Source: Heterodontus francisci (Eukaryota). From it: DNA of 64,000 nt. Shown one piece after another: positions 22,970-35,309 of the stretch (position 1 is the first letter of the stretch; every line of letters starts with the position of its first letter). The position numbers and the translations under genes are program-made. Below the pieces are notes generated by a model that was not told the origin of the DNA, did no database searches, and saw only the letters and a program-made list of their open reading frames with translations. The stretch spans positions 13,420,550-13,484,549 of the forward strand of contig NC_090404.1 in the NCBI RefSeq assembly GCF_036365525.1, written 5' to 3'.

Positions 22970-25230
22970 TACAGATTGTGAACAGTTGTTCAACACTGAT
23001 CCTTGTGGTGCCCCACTAGTAATAGCCTGTCATCCTAATAATAACCCGTTTATTCCTACTCCCTGTTTTCTTTCTGTCTGTAACCAATTCTCAATCCATA
23101 CCAGTATATTACGCCTAATCCCATGTGCTCTAATTTTGTTTACTTAGCTCCTGTGTGGGACCTCAGCTTTCTGAAAATTCAAATACACGACATCAATTGG
23201 TTCTCCTTTATCTATGGTACAAGTAACATCCTCAAAAAATTCCAAAAGGTTTGTCAAACATGATTTCCCTTTCATAAATCCGTGTTGACTCTGCCCAATC
23301 GCATAATTATTTTCTCAGTGTCTAGTTATCACATCCTTTTTAATAGATTCTAACATTTCTCGCCAACTGATTGGAGGAAAATGTAACTGGTCTGATTAGT
23401 AAGTTTGCGGACGACACAAAGGCTGGTGGAGTTGCGGATAGTGATGAGGATTGTCGGAGGATACAGCAGGATATAGATCGGTTGGAGACTTGGGCAGAGA
23501 AATGGCAGATGGAGTTTAATCCATACAAATGTGAGGTAATGCATTTTGGAAGATCTAATGCAGGTGGGAAGTATACAGTAAATGGCAGAACCCTTAGGAG
23601 TATTGACAGGCAGAGAGATCTGGGCGTACAGGTCCACAGGTCACTGAAAGTGGCAACGCAGGTGGATAAGGTAGTCAAGAAGGCATACAGCATGCTTGCC
23701 TTCATCGGTCGGGGCATAGAGTATAAAAATTGGCAAGTCATGCTGCAGCTGTACAGAACTTTAGTTAGGCCACACTTAGAATATTGCGTGCAATTCTGGT
23801 TGCCACACTACCAGAAGGACGTGGAGGCTTTGGAGAGGGTACAGAAGAGGTTTACCAGGATGTTGCCTGGTCTGGAGGGCATTAGCTATGAGGAGAGGTT
23901 GGAAAAACTCGGATTGTTTTCACTGGAACGACGGAGGTGGCGACATGATAGAGGTTTACAAAGTTATGAGCGGCATGGACAGAGTGGATAGTCAGAAGCT
24001 TTTTCCCAGGGTGGAAGAGTCAGTTACTAGGGGACATAGGTTTAAGGTGAGAGGGGCAAAGTTTAGAGGGGATGTGCGAGGCAAGTTTTTTACACAGAGG
24101 GTGGTGAGTGCCTGGAACTTGCTGCCAGGGGAGGTGGTGGAAGCAGGTACGATAGCGACGTTTAAGAGGCATCTTGACAAATGCAAGAATAGGATGGGAA
24201 TAGAGGGATATGGTCCCCGGAAGTGCAGAAGGTTTTAGTTTAGGCAGGCATCAAGATCGGCGCAGACTTGGAGGGCCGAATGGCCTGTTCCTGTGCTGTA
24301 CTGTTCTTTGCTCTTTGTTCTTTGATTCAAACTAATAGATCTGTAGTTCCCAGTTTGCTTTTTCCCTCCTTTCTTAAATAGTGGGGTTACACTTTACTGG
24401 CCATCCTTTTTTGTCTCTCTGTCAAAATAATATTTCGCTATTTTTCTATTTGTCCTGTTTTGAGAATTGCATTGTACATATTGTTCACTTGAGGCTGCCA
24501 TGCACACATGAGCTAATAAAGGGAGCTGAAATCTCACATTTCGCACATTATATTCCATCTGCAAATTTTTTGCGCATTTAACCTATCTATACCCCTTTCA
24601 GACATTTGTGTCCTCTTCACAACTTGCTTTCCTACCCATCTTTGCACGCCCGTAAATTTGGCTACAATACAGTTGCCCCTTCATCCAAGTCATTAATATA
24701 GATCGTAAATAGTTGAGGCCTCAGCACTGCTCTCGGTGGCACTCCACTAGTTACAGTGTAGCAACCTGAAAGTGCTGCATTTATCCCGTCTTTAGGTTTC
24801 CTGTTAGTTAGCCAACCCTCTATTCACGCTAGTATATCACCCCGACAACTATGAGCTCTTATCTTGTGTAGTAACCTTTTATCTGGCACCTTATCCAATG
24901 CCTTTTGGAAATCCAAATACATTACATCCCCTTTATCCACCCTATTTGTTACATCCTCAAAGAACTCTGTTAAATTTGTCAAACACGATTTCCTTTTCAT
25001 AAAACCATGTTGACTTTGCCTGAGTGCATTATGATTTACTAAATGCCCTGCTATTCCTTCCTTAATACTGCATTCTAGCATTTTCCCAATGAGAGATATT
25101 GGGCCAACTGGCCTATAGTTTCCTGCTGTCTGTCATCCCCTCCTATTTGCGGTTTTTCAATCCCCTAGGAGCTTCCAGAATCTAGGGCATCTTGGGAAAT
25201 TACAACCAATGTATCCACTATCTCTTCAGG
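22970..25230. mobile_element. CR1 fragments (minus strand) with a nested plus-strand CR1 3' piece at 23370-24325
   Basis: KFADDTK..WQMEFN..RPHLEYCVQFW; tail ttctttgctctttgttctttg; flanking QHGFMKRKSCLTNL on the minus strand. Confidence 0.85.
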
Positions 25231-25779
25231 CACTTCTTTTAAAGGGAGATGGAATAAAGCAGGGTGAGAGGATCTCTGGGATAATGTTCAGTGAGTTCGG
25301 GGAGATGGTATCAGAGAGAATTCAGCAGGGAGAGCGGATACCTGGGGTAGTGTTCTGTGTGTTCAGCGCGATGACATCAGAGAAGAGCAGAGAGAAAGGG
25401 CATGAGGGAAACACGTGACAGAGGAGTAGGGACAACGGGTATAACAGAAAAGGTGGAGGCAGAGAGTCCACATGTGCGGAACAGGAAAGTGGAGTCTGTT
25501 GCGTGTCTAACAGAACTAGTGGGGAGAGTGTGATGTGTGTGTATAAGAGAAAATGCGAAGATAGTGTCAATGTTTCAGGTAGGTCTCAAACTCTGGGAAT
25601 CATTCCCTCAGTTTGTGCTCTCTGCTGTGTCAGATAGCATCCGGGCTCCAAGAATCAACCCTTCTTTGTTACATGGGCTTCAGGCTTTGGAAAATATTCC
25701 CAGGGGTTGTCCTCTCCTGTATATTAGATGGGCCCCAGGCTGTGGGATCATTCACAGGGTTCGTGCTCCCTCAAGTATC

Positions 25780-25970
25780 TGTGCTTTATTTAACCTGTGC
25801 TGTACCTGCCCTGGTAGTATTTGATGGGACAGTGTAGAAGGAGATTTACTCTGTATCTAACCCGGGTTGTACCTGCCCTGGGAGTGTTTGATGGGATTGT
25901 GAAGAGGGAGATTTACTCTGTATCTAACCCGGGCTGTACCTGCCCTGGAAACGTTTGATGGGACAATGTT
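25780..25970 (+). repeat. ~66-bp tandem repeat, ~3 copies
   Basis: ctgtacctgccctggg..tttgatgggacagtgtag..tttactctgtatctaacc. Confidence 0.85.
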
Positions 25971-26340
25971 CTTCCATACAATGCTCGACCAGGCAGTGTT
26001 GGAGCAGAGCGCAGCTCTTTAATATAACCTGGCATGTGACTGTGGCAGACGATAAGACAAGAGAAGTCAGCGAGGTGCGCTTGGTCGCGGTGCGGTCATT
26101 CTGCCTCTGGGAAGTGGCATAATGAGGCAGAGGAAAAAGTGTCCTTATTCTGATGAGACTCTCGAAGGTGCAGCGTTCCTTCACCGAAGGGCCGGGGGTT
26201 CAAAGACAGCCCAGACAGGACTTTTAAAAAATAGCTGTCAGGAAAGATGGGGAAAACATATAACAGGGGACATGAAGCGCAGTGGAGGGACCTTGGGCAA
26301 GGAATTCAGTCAAGTCCAAGTTCGCATATGTTATTCAAGA

Positions 26341-26346
26341 TTTATT
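26341..26346 (-). terminator. candidate polyadenylation signal of membrane IgM mRNA
   Basis: AATAAA on the minus strand ~250 bp after the TM2 stop. Confidence 0.6.
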
Positions 26347-26592
26347 AACAACTTCAAAAACAACATTTTTTACAGAGAAGACTTGTTTCAAAAAAGGATC
26401 CAAAATGAATATAACAACTGTGCATCACATTGAGAACAGAACACATGCGGTCTGAGCAGAAATGTTTATGATTTTCCCAGCTACAGATTCGGAACCATAA
26501 ACCGAAGGAATTTTGCTTTTACAGTTTTTTTTTTGGTAATACAGAGATGTTATAAAAATGACGAAAATCCAGGGCGGCCGAAATTCAATCAT

Positions 26593-26601
26593 TCACTTGA
26601 C
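26593..26601 (-). CDS. IGHM: IgM TM2 exon (VK*)
   Basis: cttttacag|GTC AAG TGA completes the KVK cytoplasmic tail. Confidence 0.9.
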   Translation of the reverse strand, partial: VK

Positions 26602-26746
26602 CTGTAAAAGAGGGATAAAAGAATAAAGCAGGGATTTCGTGGTCTGGGAAATTCATCTGAGTATTTTTTTTAAATCTATGAAACTTTTACAGATTTATTA
26701 AATAGCTTCAGTCAAATTGAAGTGTGAGTGGATTGAATATTCTCAC

Positions 26747-26874
26747 CTTCACCAGAGTGACAGCAGCACTGTAGAAAATGCTCAGGAAGAACAGGATGAT
26801 GAATGCGGAAGCGGTTGTCCAGATGTTGCCGCTCTCTTCCTCATTGTCTTCAATCCAGATGTGGTCTGAGGAAT
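26747..26874 (-). CDS. IGHM: IgM TM1 exon
   Basis: DSSDHIWIEDNEEESGNIWTTASAFIILFFLSIFYSAAVTLVK with the CART motif; AG acceptor and GTGAG donor. Confidence 0.95.
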
Positions 26875-27454
26875 CTACGGGGATGTAGAGGAGAAGATGT
26901 ATTTACATCGTTTATTAATCCAGGATATAAAATTGTTATTTTGCATTCGCAGTTCTCTTCCTTAAGCTATTATTTTGTTCCCGAATTTCGTTTTCAATGT
27001 GTATCTATTGTTAAGTTAATCACTTTCGGCAATCTATCTCTGTTACGAACTCCACAGCCATTCTTCCTTTATGATCCTCGTCCAGGTCGTGTTGGAAAAT
27101 GTGACAAGTTTTTTTTCCTTTAGTGTCAGGCGCTATTTTATTTTGGTTTAATCACCATTAGGGATTATTATGGTGAGATATTGAGGGAGGTTTACTGATC
27201 AATAATAATTATTTTGAAGATAGGTTCAGACAGCTACTTATTTGGAGATTGTCAATGTTGTTGGGTAAGCGATTGGAGGTGATTTCCAATCTTGTTTGTT
27301 TATTTGTGATGAAAGTCGTTGGTAAATCATTAACTTATCTCAGTTTCTAAGCGAGAACATTGCTTCATTGTGACTGCAGGTCCAACATGTATTGGGGAAA
27401 GTGATGGAGACGGTGTCTGTTCAAATAGTGCATTTGAATTCTGTTTTCGAATAT

Positions 27455-28380
27455 AGTCTGGCGTTTTTGTTTGTGTGTTTTAGTGTTTGTGTCTGTGTGT
27501 ATGAGTATCTTTTGCTTTGCATTACTCTCTGTTTGTGTATCCATGTGTGCGTGTGTGTGAGTGTTAATGAGTGTTTCTATTTGTTTGTTTGTGTACCTAA
27601 GTGTGAGTGTATTAGTGTGTTTTTTGACATATTGATGACTGTCTGTATGTCTCCATGTATGTTAATATGTGTTAATATACCAATGTGCATTGATGTGTAT
27701 ATTCAGGTGACTGCCTGTGTGTGTGTGTGTATGTGTGTTGTGTCTATCTGACCATGTGCGTATTTGAGAGTGTTAATATTTGTTTTTGCGTCTGTTTGTG
27801 TCCCCATGAGTTTGTTAATTTGTCTTTCTGTTTTGTTGGATGTGTTTATGTCTCCCTGTAAGTTAAAGTGTATTCATGTGTCAATGTTTATAAGGGGTGT
27901 GATATGTGCTTGTGTATGTCTCCATGTTCCCCCAAAAGTGTGATAATGTGTGTTTATATGTTGATATCTACATTTATGCATTAATACGTGTGCTAATGTG
28001 TGGTTATGTGTACATATATGCTAATGTATGTGTTTATGTGCGTGATTGTGTATCCATGTGTGTGTGTCAGTATAGTAATGTTTGTGTCTATTTGTGAGTG
28101 AATGTGTCTATTTATCTATGTGTTTGTGTGCACGTGTGTGAGTCTGTTAATGTATGAGTATGTGCGTCCATGTATGTGTGTTAATGTGTATCCTAGTGTG
28201 TGCGTTTATGTCTATATTTCTGTGTACGTGAGACGGCACTAACGTGAGTCTTTATGTTTGTGTGTGTGACTGTGGGAGCATTTATATCAGCATTTGGGTC
28301 TGTTCCTGTGTGCAGGTGCATGACTGCGTTAGTGCATGTGAGTGTGTTTATGTGTGTGGTCGTGTCAGTGTGCCTGTGCA
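27455..28380. repeat. degenerate (TG)n low-complexity tract in the CH4-TM1 intron
   Basis: ~0.9 kb of imperfect TG dinucleotides. Confidence 0.9.
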
Positions 28381-29421
28381 TTTTTATTATTTTTCAAAAG
28401 TTCCACAGTGAACCAATAACCAGGTCTGGCCTTGACGGTGTGCATTGTAGAGAATATTGTGAACTGTTCTGTGCATAAATGTGTTCTGTGTGAGTTTAAA
28501 TATTCCATCAGCTGACTGCATTCAGCAATGCACCTGCTGGGCCTCAGAAACGTCAGGAATACAAGTGTGAAAAAACAGAGGAGGGTTCTATCACCAGTTA
28601 GATTTGGACTATTAGAATTCAATCTGTTCGAATAAAATTAACAGGGAAAAGTTTAACGATTGTGTATTGCATACTTATATATTTTACAATATTATTCCCA
28701 AGTGGAAAAGTTAAAACCTTTGCACGGAGAGCTAGAAGCCGACTTTGTAGTTATGGCAACTGAGTAGATATATTAGAGAGCAGTTGCCTTCCGATCTCTC
28801 TGCCGGGGCAGTGGGAGTATAATGGGTTAACAAATGCCCTTGCTCCTTTCTCTGTTGAACAATGCAATGGGCTGCAGTCGGTTCACCATTGCCTTTTCCC
28901 TCTCTCTATTGGAGAAGTGGAGTTACAATGGATTAACAATTGTCCTTTTCCTGTCACTGTTTAGGAAGTGGTGGTGCGGTGGGTTAATAAATTGTCCTTT
29001 GCCTCTTTCTGATGGGAGGATTTTGGGTAGAGTTCATATTCGTGTGTGGCCCTCATTTCAGCTCCCAGTGGATGCAATGCTACAACTTAAAACTGACTCC
29101 TATTCGGAAAGGATGAACAACAGGAGAAGAAGGAGCACCGAGATCTAAATGTCCTGCGTTTGTTTGTTCGAAAAGGGAAAATTTTAGATTTCCCCCCAAC
29201 AGGAGGAAATTTGCTGAAGGTACTCTACAGAATTCTGTAATGAATCCGCTTCCTATCGATAACCTGTGGTGTATCTGAGCTGGGAGCACTGGTTCTACAA
29301 GGCCCTGGACCCGAGACCTGCAAATATCTTACTTTAGATGAATAGACCTACCTGTAGCAAATGTGGGAAGCAAAATTAATTGAGCGGCTGTGTATTTAAA
29401 TCGCGATTGACAGAAAATATC

Positions 29422-29437
29422 TTTATTGGTTTTTATT
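29422..29437 (-). terminator. tandem polyadenylation signals of secretory IgM
   Basis: Two AATAAA on the minus strand 30-45 bp after the stop codon. Confidence 0.75.
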
Positions 29438-29465
29438 TAAGATCTGAAATGCAATCGAGAGATTC

Positions 29466-29857
29466 TCATTGACATGAATTGACAGTGTCCAACAGTGCAA
29501 GGGAAATGTTCACAAAACTCGGTTTACCGCTGGATTTATTCACTGTTCTGTTGATGATTTTCAAGAGGATCGCTTCATGTCCCACCACACAGGAGTAAGA
29601 AGCGCCGTTGGCCCACTCCTCCGCTGCAATGGATAACTGGCTGTAGATGAAGTAGGAGCTGTTGTCGTTCTCCGCCATCACCTCGGTGTTCTTGTAGTTG
29701 CCGGGATTCACCGACTTGTCATTGACGGTCCACTTGACGAAGATCTCTCGGGGGGAGAAACCTCTCACTAAGCAGGTGAGGGAGAGGAACCTCTGAGCGG
29801 AGACTTCTTCTGCCGGGGGCAGGAGGACAGATACGGACGGTTCCCGCGGATTTGGAA
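29466..29857 (-). CDS. IGHM: IgM Cmu4 exon plus secretory tailpiece
   Basis: [62 protein letters not shown]; internal G|GTAAA donor at 29528 for TM splicing; penultimate Cys. Confidence 0.96.
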
Positions 29858-30357
29858 CTGCAGAAAAAATAAAATAAGTGTCAATAAACAGGAGAATTCC
29901 AGAGACAATGAAACCGGTGGCGAGATGTGAAAGGAATGTGCTTTGCACCGAATTTTAAAGGTTTTCCTTTTCCCCTCTGGGCCCTGTCCTGTTTTCCAGC
30001 CCGGAGCAGAGGCGGATACAATCCTTCTCTCTGAGAACTTAAAGGATTAGACTGGAAAATTACATAGAATTTACAGCACAGGAACAGGCCTTTCGGCTCA
30101 ACTAGTCTGTGCTGGTGTTTCTGCTGCACACGAACCTCCTCCCACCTTATTTCATCTCCTTCTATTCCTTCCCCCCCTCATCTACTTATCTAGCTTCCCC
30201 TTAATGCATCACCTCTGGTTCCAGATGGTTTCGTTAGTGGAATTACAATTAACTTATCGGAGTAATCCATTTGAGCGCTTAATAGGACGAATTGTCCCTT
30301 TCACAAACACAAGAGATAATCATAACCTCTCACTTGTGCTTCTATCTCTCCGCTCAC

Positions 30358-30666
30358 CTTCTTCCTTGTGGATGGAATCTCTGAGTGGAGTCGGCAGATC
30401 CTGATGGCTCACCACGCAGTAGAACTCATTCCCTCTCAGCCAGGATTGTGTCGAGATGTTTACGGTGCTGATCACGCTGTCGGGATCCTCTCCGGGTTGG
30501 ACGGCAGTCTCTGATTTCAAAGGCTTCATTTCTTGGGTCCAGGGCACGTTGACTCCATAAGGAGCATTAGACACGACGCAGGTTAAAGTCACCGTCGCCT
30601 CCAGTAAGGCCTGTTCTATTGATGGTGGCAGTAGTTTAATTACTGGATTATTGCACAGGGAAAGAT
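30358..30666 (-). CDS. IGHM: IgM Cmu3 exon
   Basis: [51 protein letters not shown]; 309 nt, phase 1/1, canonical splice sites. Confidence 0.95.
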
Positions 30667-31209
30667 CTGTGAAATAGAAATGAAAGTCAATAAAACCTCC
30701 ATTTTCGAAATCAGGACATCAATATTCAACCTTCACTCTCACGAGAAGAATAAATCACCTTCAAGATGTCAACTTTTCACAGTTGCTTAAGCACCATCGT
30801 TTATTGGAAGGGCAAGGATTTGAAATGAGCTTCTGGGCGATCCCTGACTCATTTCCGTCCAATCCCTCCCTCATTTCCGCCTGTCTATCGATCCTTCCGC
30901 TGGATCACATCTCCACTCAATTTAAAGCCTCTGCCCCCAGGGTCACGAGCTATACATGTAATTCACTCTGGCTCAAAATGAAATTCCGAATTTTAGGCGC
31001 AACAGGAAACCAAGTTAATTTGCTGCTACCTTGTTACGATATTTGGAGACAGGAAAATGAGAATGAGTTTGTCAGAGGAGAGGTAACAGGTCGGGAAAAT
31101 GCTGTTGCAAAGGATCTTTTTGCGGTGGAGAGTAGGTTGCAATACCGGTACATTGCTAACATAATCCACACGTGTCAGTCTGAAGTCAGAAGGAGATCTG
31201 ACCAGAGGC

Positions 31210-33520
31210 GGTAAAAGGAACATAGGGAAACGAGGAGGCCATTCAGCCCCTCGAGCCAGTTCCGCCATTGAATTCCGTCCACCCATATGTAACCCTTAAT
31301 AAATCTATCAGTCTCAACAGTAAAATATTCAGTTGGTGCCAAGGCTCAACAGCGAGTTGGGGGAGGGAATTCCAGATTTATGCTACCCCCTGCGTGAATG
31401 GAGTAATAGAGCACAGAAACAGGCCCGTCGGCCCATCGTGTCCGTGCCGGCCATCAAGCACCTAACGATTCTAATCCCATATTCCTGCACTTGGCCTGTA
31501 GCCTTGTATGCTATGGCGTTTCAAGTGCTTATCTAAATACTTCTTAAATGTTGTGAGGGTTCCTGCCTCTACCACCTCTTCAGGCAGTACGTTTCAGATT
31601 CCAACCACCCTCTGGGTGAATTTTTCCCCTTAAATCCCCTCTAAACCTCCTGCCCCTTACCTTAAATCTATGCCCCCCTGGTTATTGACCCTTCCATGAA
31701 GGGAAAACGTTTCTTCCTATCTGACCTATCAATGCCACTCATAATTTTGTATACCTCAATCATGTCCCCCCTCAGCCTTCTCTGCTCTAAAAGAAAACAA
31801 CCCTAGACTTTTCAGTCTCTCTTCATAGCTGAAATGCTCCAGCTCAGGCAACACCCTGGTGAATCTCCTCTGCACCCTCTCCAGTGCAATCACATTGTTC
31901 CTATATTGTGGTGCCCAGAACTATACAAAGTATTCCAGCTGTGGCCTAACTAGCGTTTTATACAGCTGCATCATAACCTCCCTGCTCTTATATTCGAGTC
32001 ATAGAGAAATGCAGCACTAAAACAGGCCCGCTGGCCCACTGAGTCCGTGCCAACCATCAATCACCCATTCATGCTGATCCTACATTAGTCATACTTTTCC
32101 ATTTTACGCCTCCACCGTCCCTCAATTCTCCTACCACCTACCTACACTAGGGACAATTGTTACAATGGCCGATTTATCTATCAACCTGCAAGTCTTTGGC
32201 ATGTGGGAGAAAACCCAAACTGTCACAGGGAGAACTTGCAAACCCAGAACTGAAGCTGTGAGGCTGTGGTGCGAGCCACTGCGCCACTCTGCCGCCCACG
32301 CCAACCCTTGGCTGAGAAAGGCAAGTATCCCATATGCTTTCCTAACCACCTTATCTACCTGTGCTGCTACCTTCAGTGATCGATGGACAAGTACACCAAG
32401 GTCCCTCTGACCTTCTGTACCTCCTAGGGTCCTACCATCCATTGTATATCCCCTTGCCTTGTTAGCCCTCCCAAAATGCATCACCTCACACTTCTCAGGA
32501 TTAAATTCCATTTGCCACTGCTCTGCCCGACTTACCAGCCCATCTATATCGTCCTGTAATCTAAGGCTTTCCTCATCACTATTTACGACACCACCAATTT
32601 TCGTGTCATCTGCAAACTTACTTATCATACCTCCTATATTCGCGTCTAAATCATTAACGTACACTACAAACAGCAAGGGTACCAGCACCGATCCCTGCGG
32701 TACACCACTGGTCACAGGCTTCCACTCACAAAAACAACCCTCGACCATCTCCCGATGCCTCCTGCCACTAAGCCAATTTTGGATCCAATTTGCCCAATTG
32801 CCCTGGATCCCATGGGCTCTTACCTTCTTAACCAATCTCCCATGCGGAACCTTATCAAAAGCCTTACTGAAGTCCATATAGACTACATCAACTGTTTTAC
32901 CCTCATCTACACATCCAGTCACCACCTCGAAAAATTCAATCAAGTTAGTTAGACACGATCTCTCCATGACAAAGCCATGCTGGCTATCTCTGATTAATCC
33001 CTGCCTCTCCAAGTGGAGATTAATCTTGTCTCTCAGAATGTTTTCCAATAGTTTCCCAACCACTGATGTTAGACTGACCGGCCTGTAATTACCTGGTTTA
33101 TCCCTGCTACCCTTCTTGAATAATGGCACCATATTCGCTGTCCTCAGTTCTCTGGCACCTCTCCTGTGGCCAGAGAGGATTTGAAAATTTGTGTCAGAGA
33201 CCCTGCTATCTCCTCCCTTCCCACACATAACAGCCTCACATAATAGCCCCTTCCTGATATCATCCCTGAATGACCTTGGTCTGATCTGAAGGTTATGCCC
33301 CTTTGTTCTGGAGTCCCCAACCAGAGGAAATATTTTTCTCCACTGACTCCATGAATTCGAGTAAACATCTTAAGCACCTCAATTATATCACCCTTTAATC
33401 TTCGACACTGAAAGGGATACCAGTTTGGTCTGTGAAACCTGTCCTCATAATTTAACCCATTCAGCCCCGCTACCATTCTAGTGAATTTGTGTTGCACTAG
33501 TCCCAAGACTTCCTGAGCTC
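31210..33520 (-). mobile_element. CR1 fragments in the Cmu2-Cmu3 intron
   Basis: ORF 32131-33228 is a CR1 RT core (NYRPVSLTS, QHGF, DFSKAFD, GVPQGS, FADD). Confidence 0.9.
32010..32300 (-). mobile_element. HE1/V-SINE-like tRNA-derived SINE
   Basis: Minus strand gtggcgcagtgg..cacagcctcacagc..ttgcaagttctccctgtgac..ccaaagacttgcaggttgatag. Confidence 0.7.
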
Positions 33521-33901
33521 CGGACTCCAGCATTGGACACAGTTTTCTAAGTAGGGAAGATGCTCTTTCTGACACTTGATTCCGAGGTTGTGACCAGTAA
33601 AGGGTTCCAGACACCTATTGCCGCTCCAAATAGGATCAGACAACTCAGGATAAACCTGAGATCAAGGCCACCTCACTCACTATATGACATCAAAGCAGCG
33701 AGAATCATTCTTTGGTGATGTGATGACATGTTGAACCGTGGGCAATCCTAATTCAGCACTCACAGCGGAAAGAAGCATAAAAACTACATGATGGGAAATT
33801 AGAAATTATTCAGTGCTTTGTACTAGTTCCAACAAATTCCTGTCGTTGGTTATCATCGGAGCATAGAATGGGCCAGAGCTTCCTCCGTTTGTGTCTCTTA
33901 C

Positions 33902-34219
33902 CCTGAGATCCGGTGATGTTTCGGCTTTGGGTGACTCCTTGATGGGAGACCTGGCAGGTATAGACCGTGTTGGTGAACCATTCCCTAGCGGGGACTGTCA
34001 GCCGACTGGTCGCCGAGAAGGTCCCGTTCACTCCACAGGTGGGAGATGTGACGAAGCCCGATTCCATGTGTTGTCCATCCTTCAACCAACTCACGGTTAT
34101 TGACTCTGGATGGAAATCGATGATTGAACACAAGACAGTTGCAAATCTGCTGCTTGTGATTTCTTCACTGGAACTCTGGGTGAGGATAACAGTTGGATGG
34201 ACCTTGTCACCTTTACAAT
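33902..34219 (-). CDS. IGHM: IgM Cmu2 exon
   Basis: [54 protein letters not shown]; 318 nt, canonical splice sites. Confidence 0.96.
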
Positions 34220-34430
34220 CTTCAAGAAAAATCATGTTAGACATTTTTCGAAGAAATTATTAATTAATGCAAACTGCTCTTATATTTTAACAGGTTCTTT
34301 GCTGTAAGCAGACTCTAACTGGGCTTTCCAGGGATCAGAACTGTGCACAGTACTCTAAATGTGTTATAGCCAAAGCTTGACACAAGACAATTATAGTTTT
34401 TCTGTTTTTCATAGTTTCCACATCACTAAC

Positions 34431-34727
34431 CTGGAATTTCCTTGATCCAGACTGACTCTCCGCGTCGAACGTCGCAGTAGATTTTGCTGTTTCCCACCTC
34501 TGACTCGGTGATGGTTAACTGGCTGCTCCGGATGTAGGTTCCCTTCTTGTTCAGCACTGACGGGTAACTCTTCAATCCAGTGGTGATCGGCTGTTTATCT
34601 TTCTTCCAGGAAACGCTGGTGATTTGGGGGATGTAGTCCATCGCCAAACAGCCGTAGGCCACGGAGCCGTCTGTGTTGGGTTGTTCACAGGAGCAAAGAC
34701 CGTAAAGGGTTGGCGGAGATGGTGTCA
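34431..34727 (-). CDS. IGHM: IgM Cmu1 exon
   Basis: [49 protein letters not shown]; 297 nt, canonical splice sites. Confidence 0.96.
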
Positions 34728-35309
34728 CTGGAAAAGAATGGCAGATTGAACAGGTTAGACTCTGTGATTCATGTTTATTAAGTAACCAGACAACTCGGAA
34801 TTTGACTCCTGATTTCACCTTCATCCGCATTTGAGCTTCTACCACTCCTATCATTTGCTGATCATTACCTGTCGGTCCCCTGGTCAGGAACACACCTCTC
34901 TTTCAGAACCTGTCACATTACAAAAGTAAGAGTCTTTTCATGTCATCTCAATAAACTATCTTCCATTGGATTACACTGGGATCCCACTATTCCGGCAAGT
35001 ATTTATTTCTAAACCAACAGCACTTTGTCAAAAATAAAACACTTGGCATTTATTAATTCCAGTTTTTGGAAATTTGCTCTCTGCAAATAGACTGCTGAGT
35101 TCCCTCAGCCCTCCACCCCTCCACCCCTCCACCCCTCTCTCCCCACCCACCCTGCCCCACCTCCCAAATAGCGACTACTCTTAAAAAGTGCCATCGCAAT
35201 GAGTGCTTTTAAATGAGCTTAAAATTCGAAACTTGACTACTAGGCAAAGTAATTCCATTATTTTCCCACAAAAACAACAACAAACCCCAGCATGTTCATG
35301 ATCCAGGAT

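Larger units (their letters stand above)
12780..22970 (+). mobile_element. Gmr1-type Gypsy LTR retrotransposon, decayed and interrupted by nested insertions
   Basis: LTR ending AACA at 14449; PBS; SCAN-like gag (YHQKFRNL..LRELILLEEFK, ~15830-16030); zinc knuckle CYHCHKAGH ~20575; protease relic VTGATQTLL; integrase HDIRHAGHMG..YYWPGL..CRTCHTCQ ~21780 placed before the RT start ~22900. Confidence 0.8.

Noticed and set aside
27392-28478. Cys/Val-rich ORFs
   Set aside because: Translation of TG low-complexity DNA
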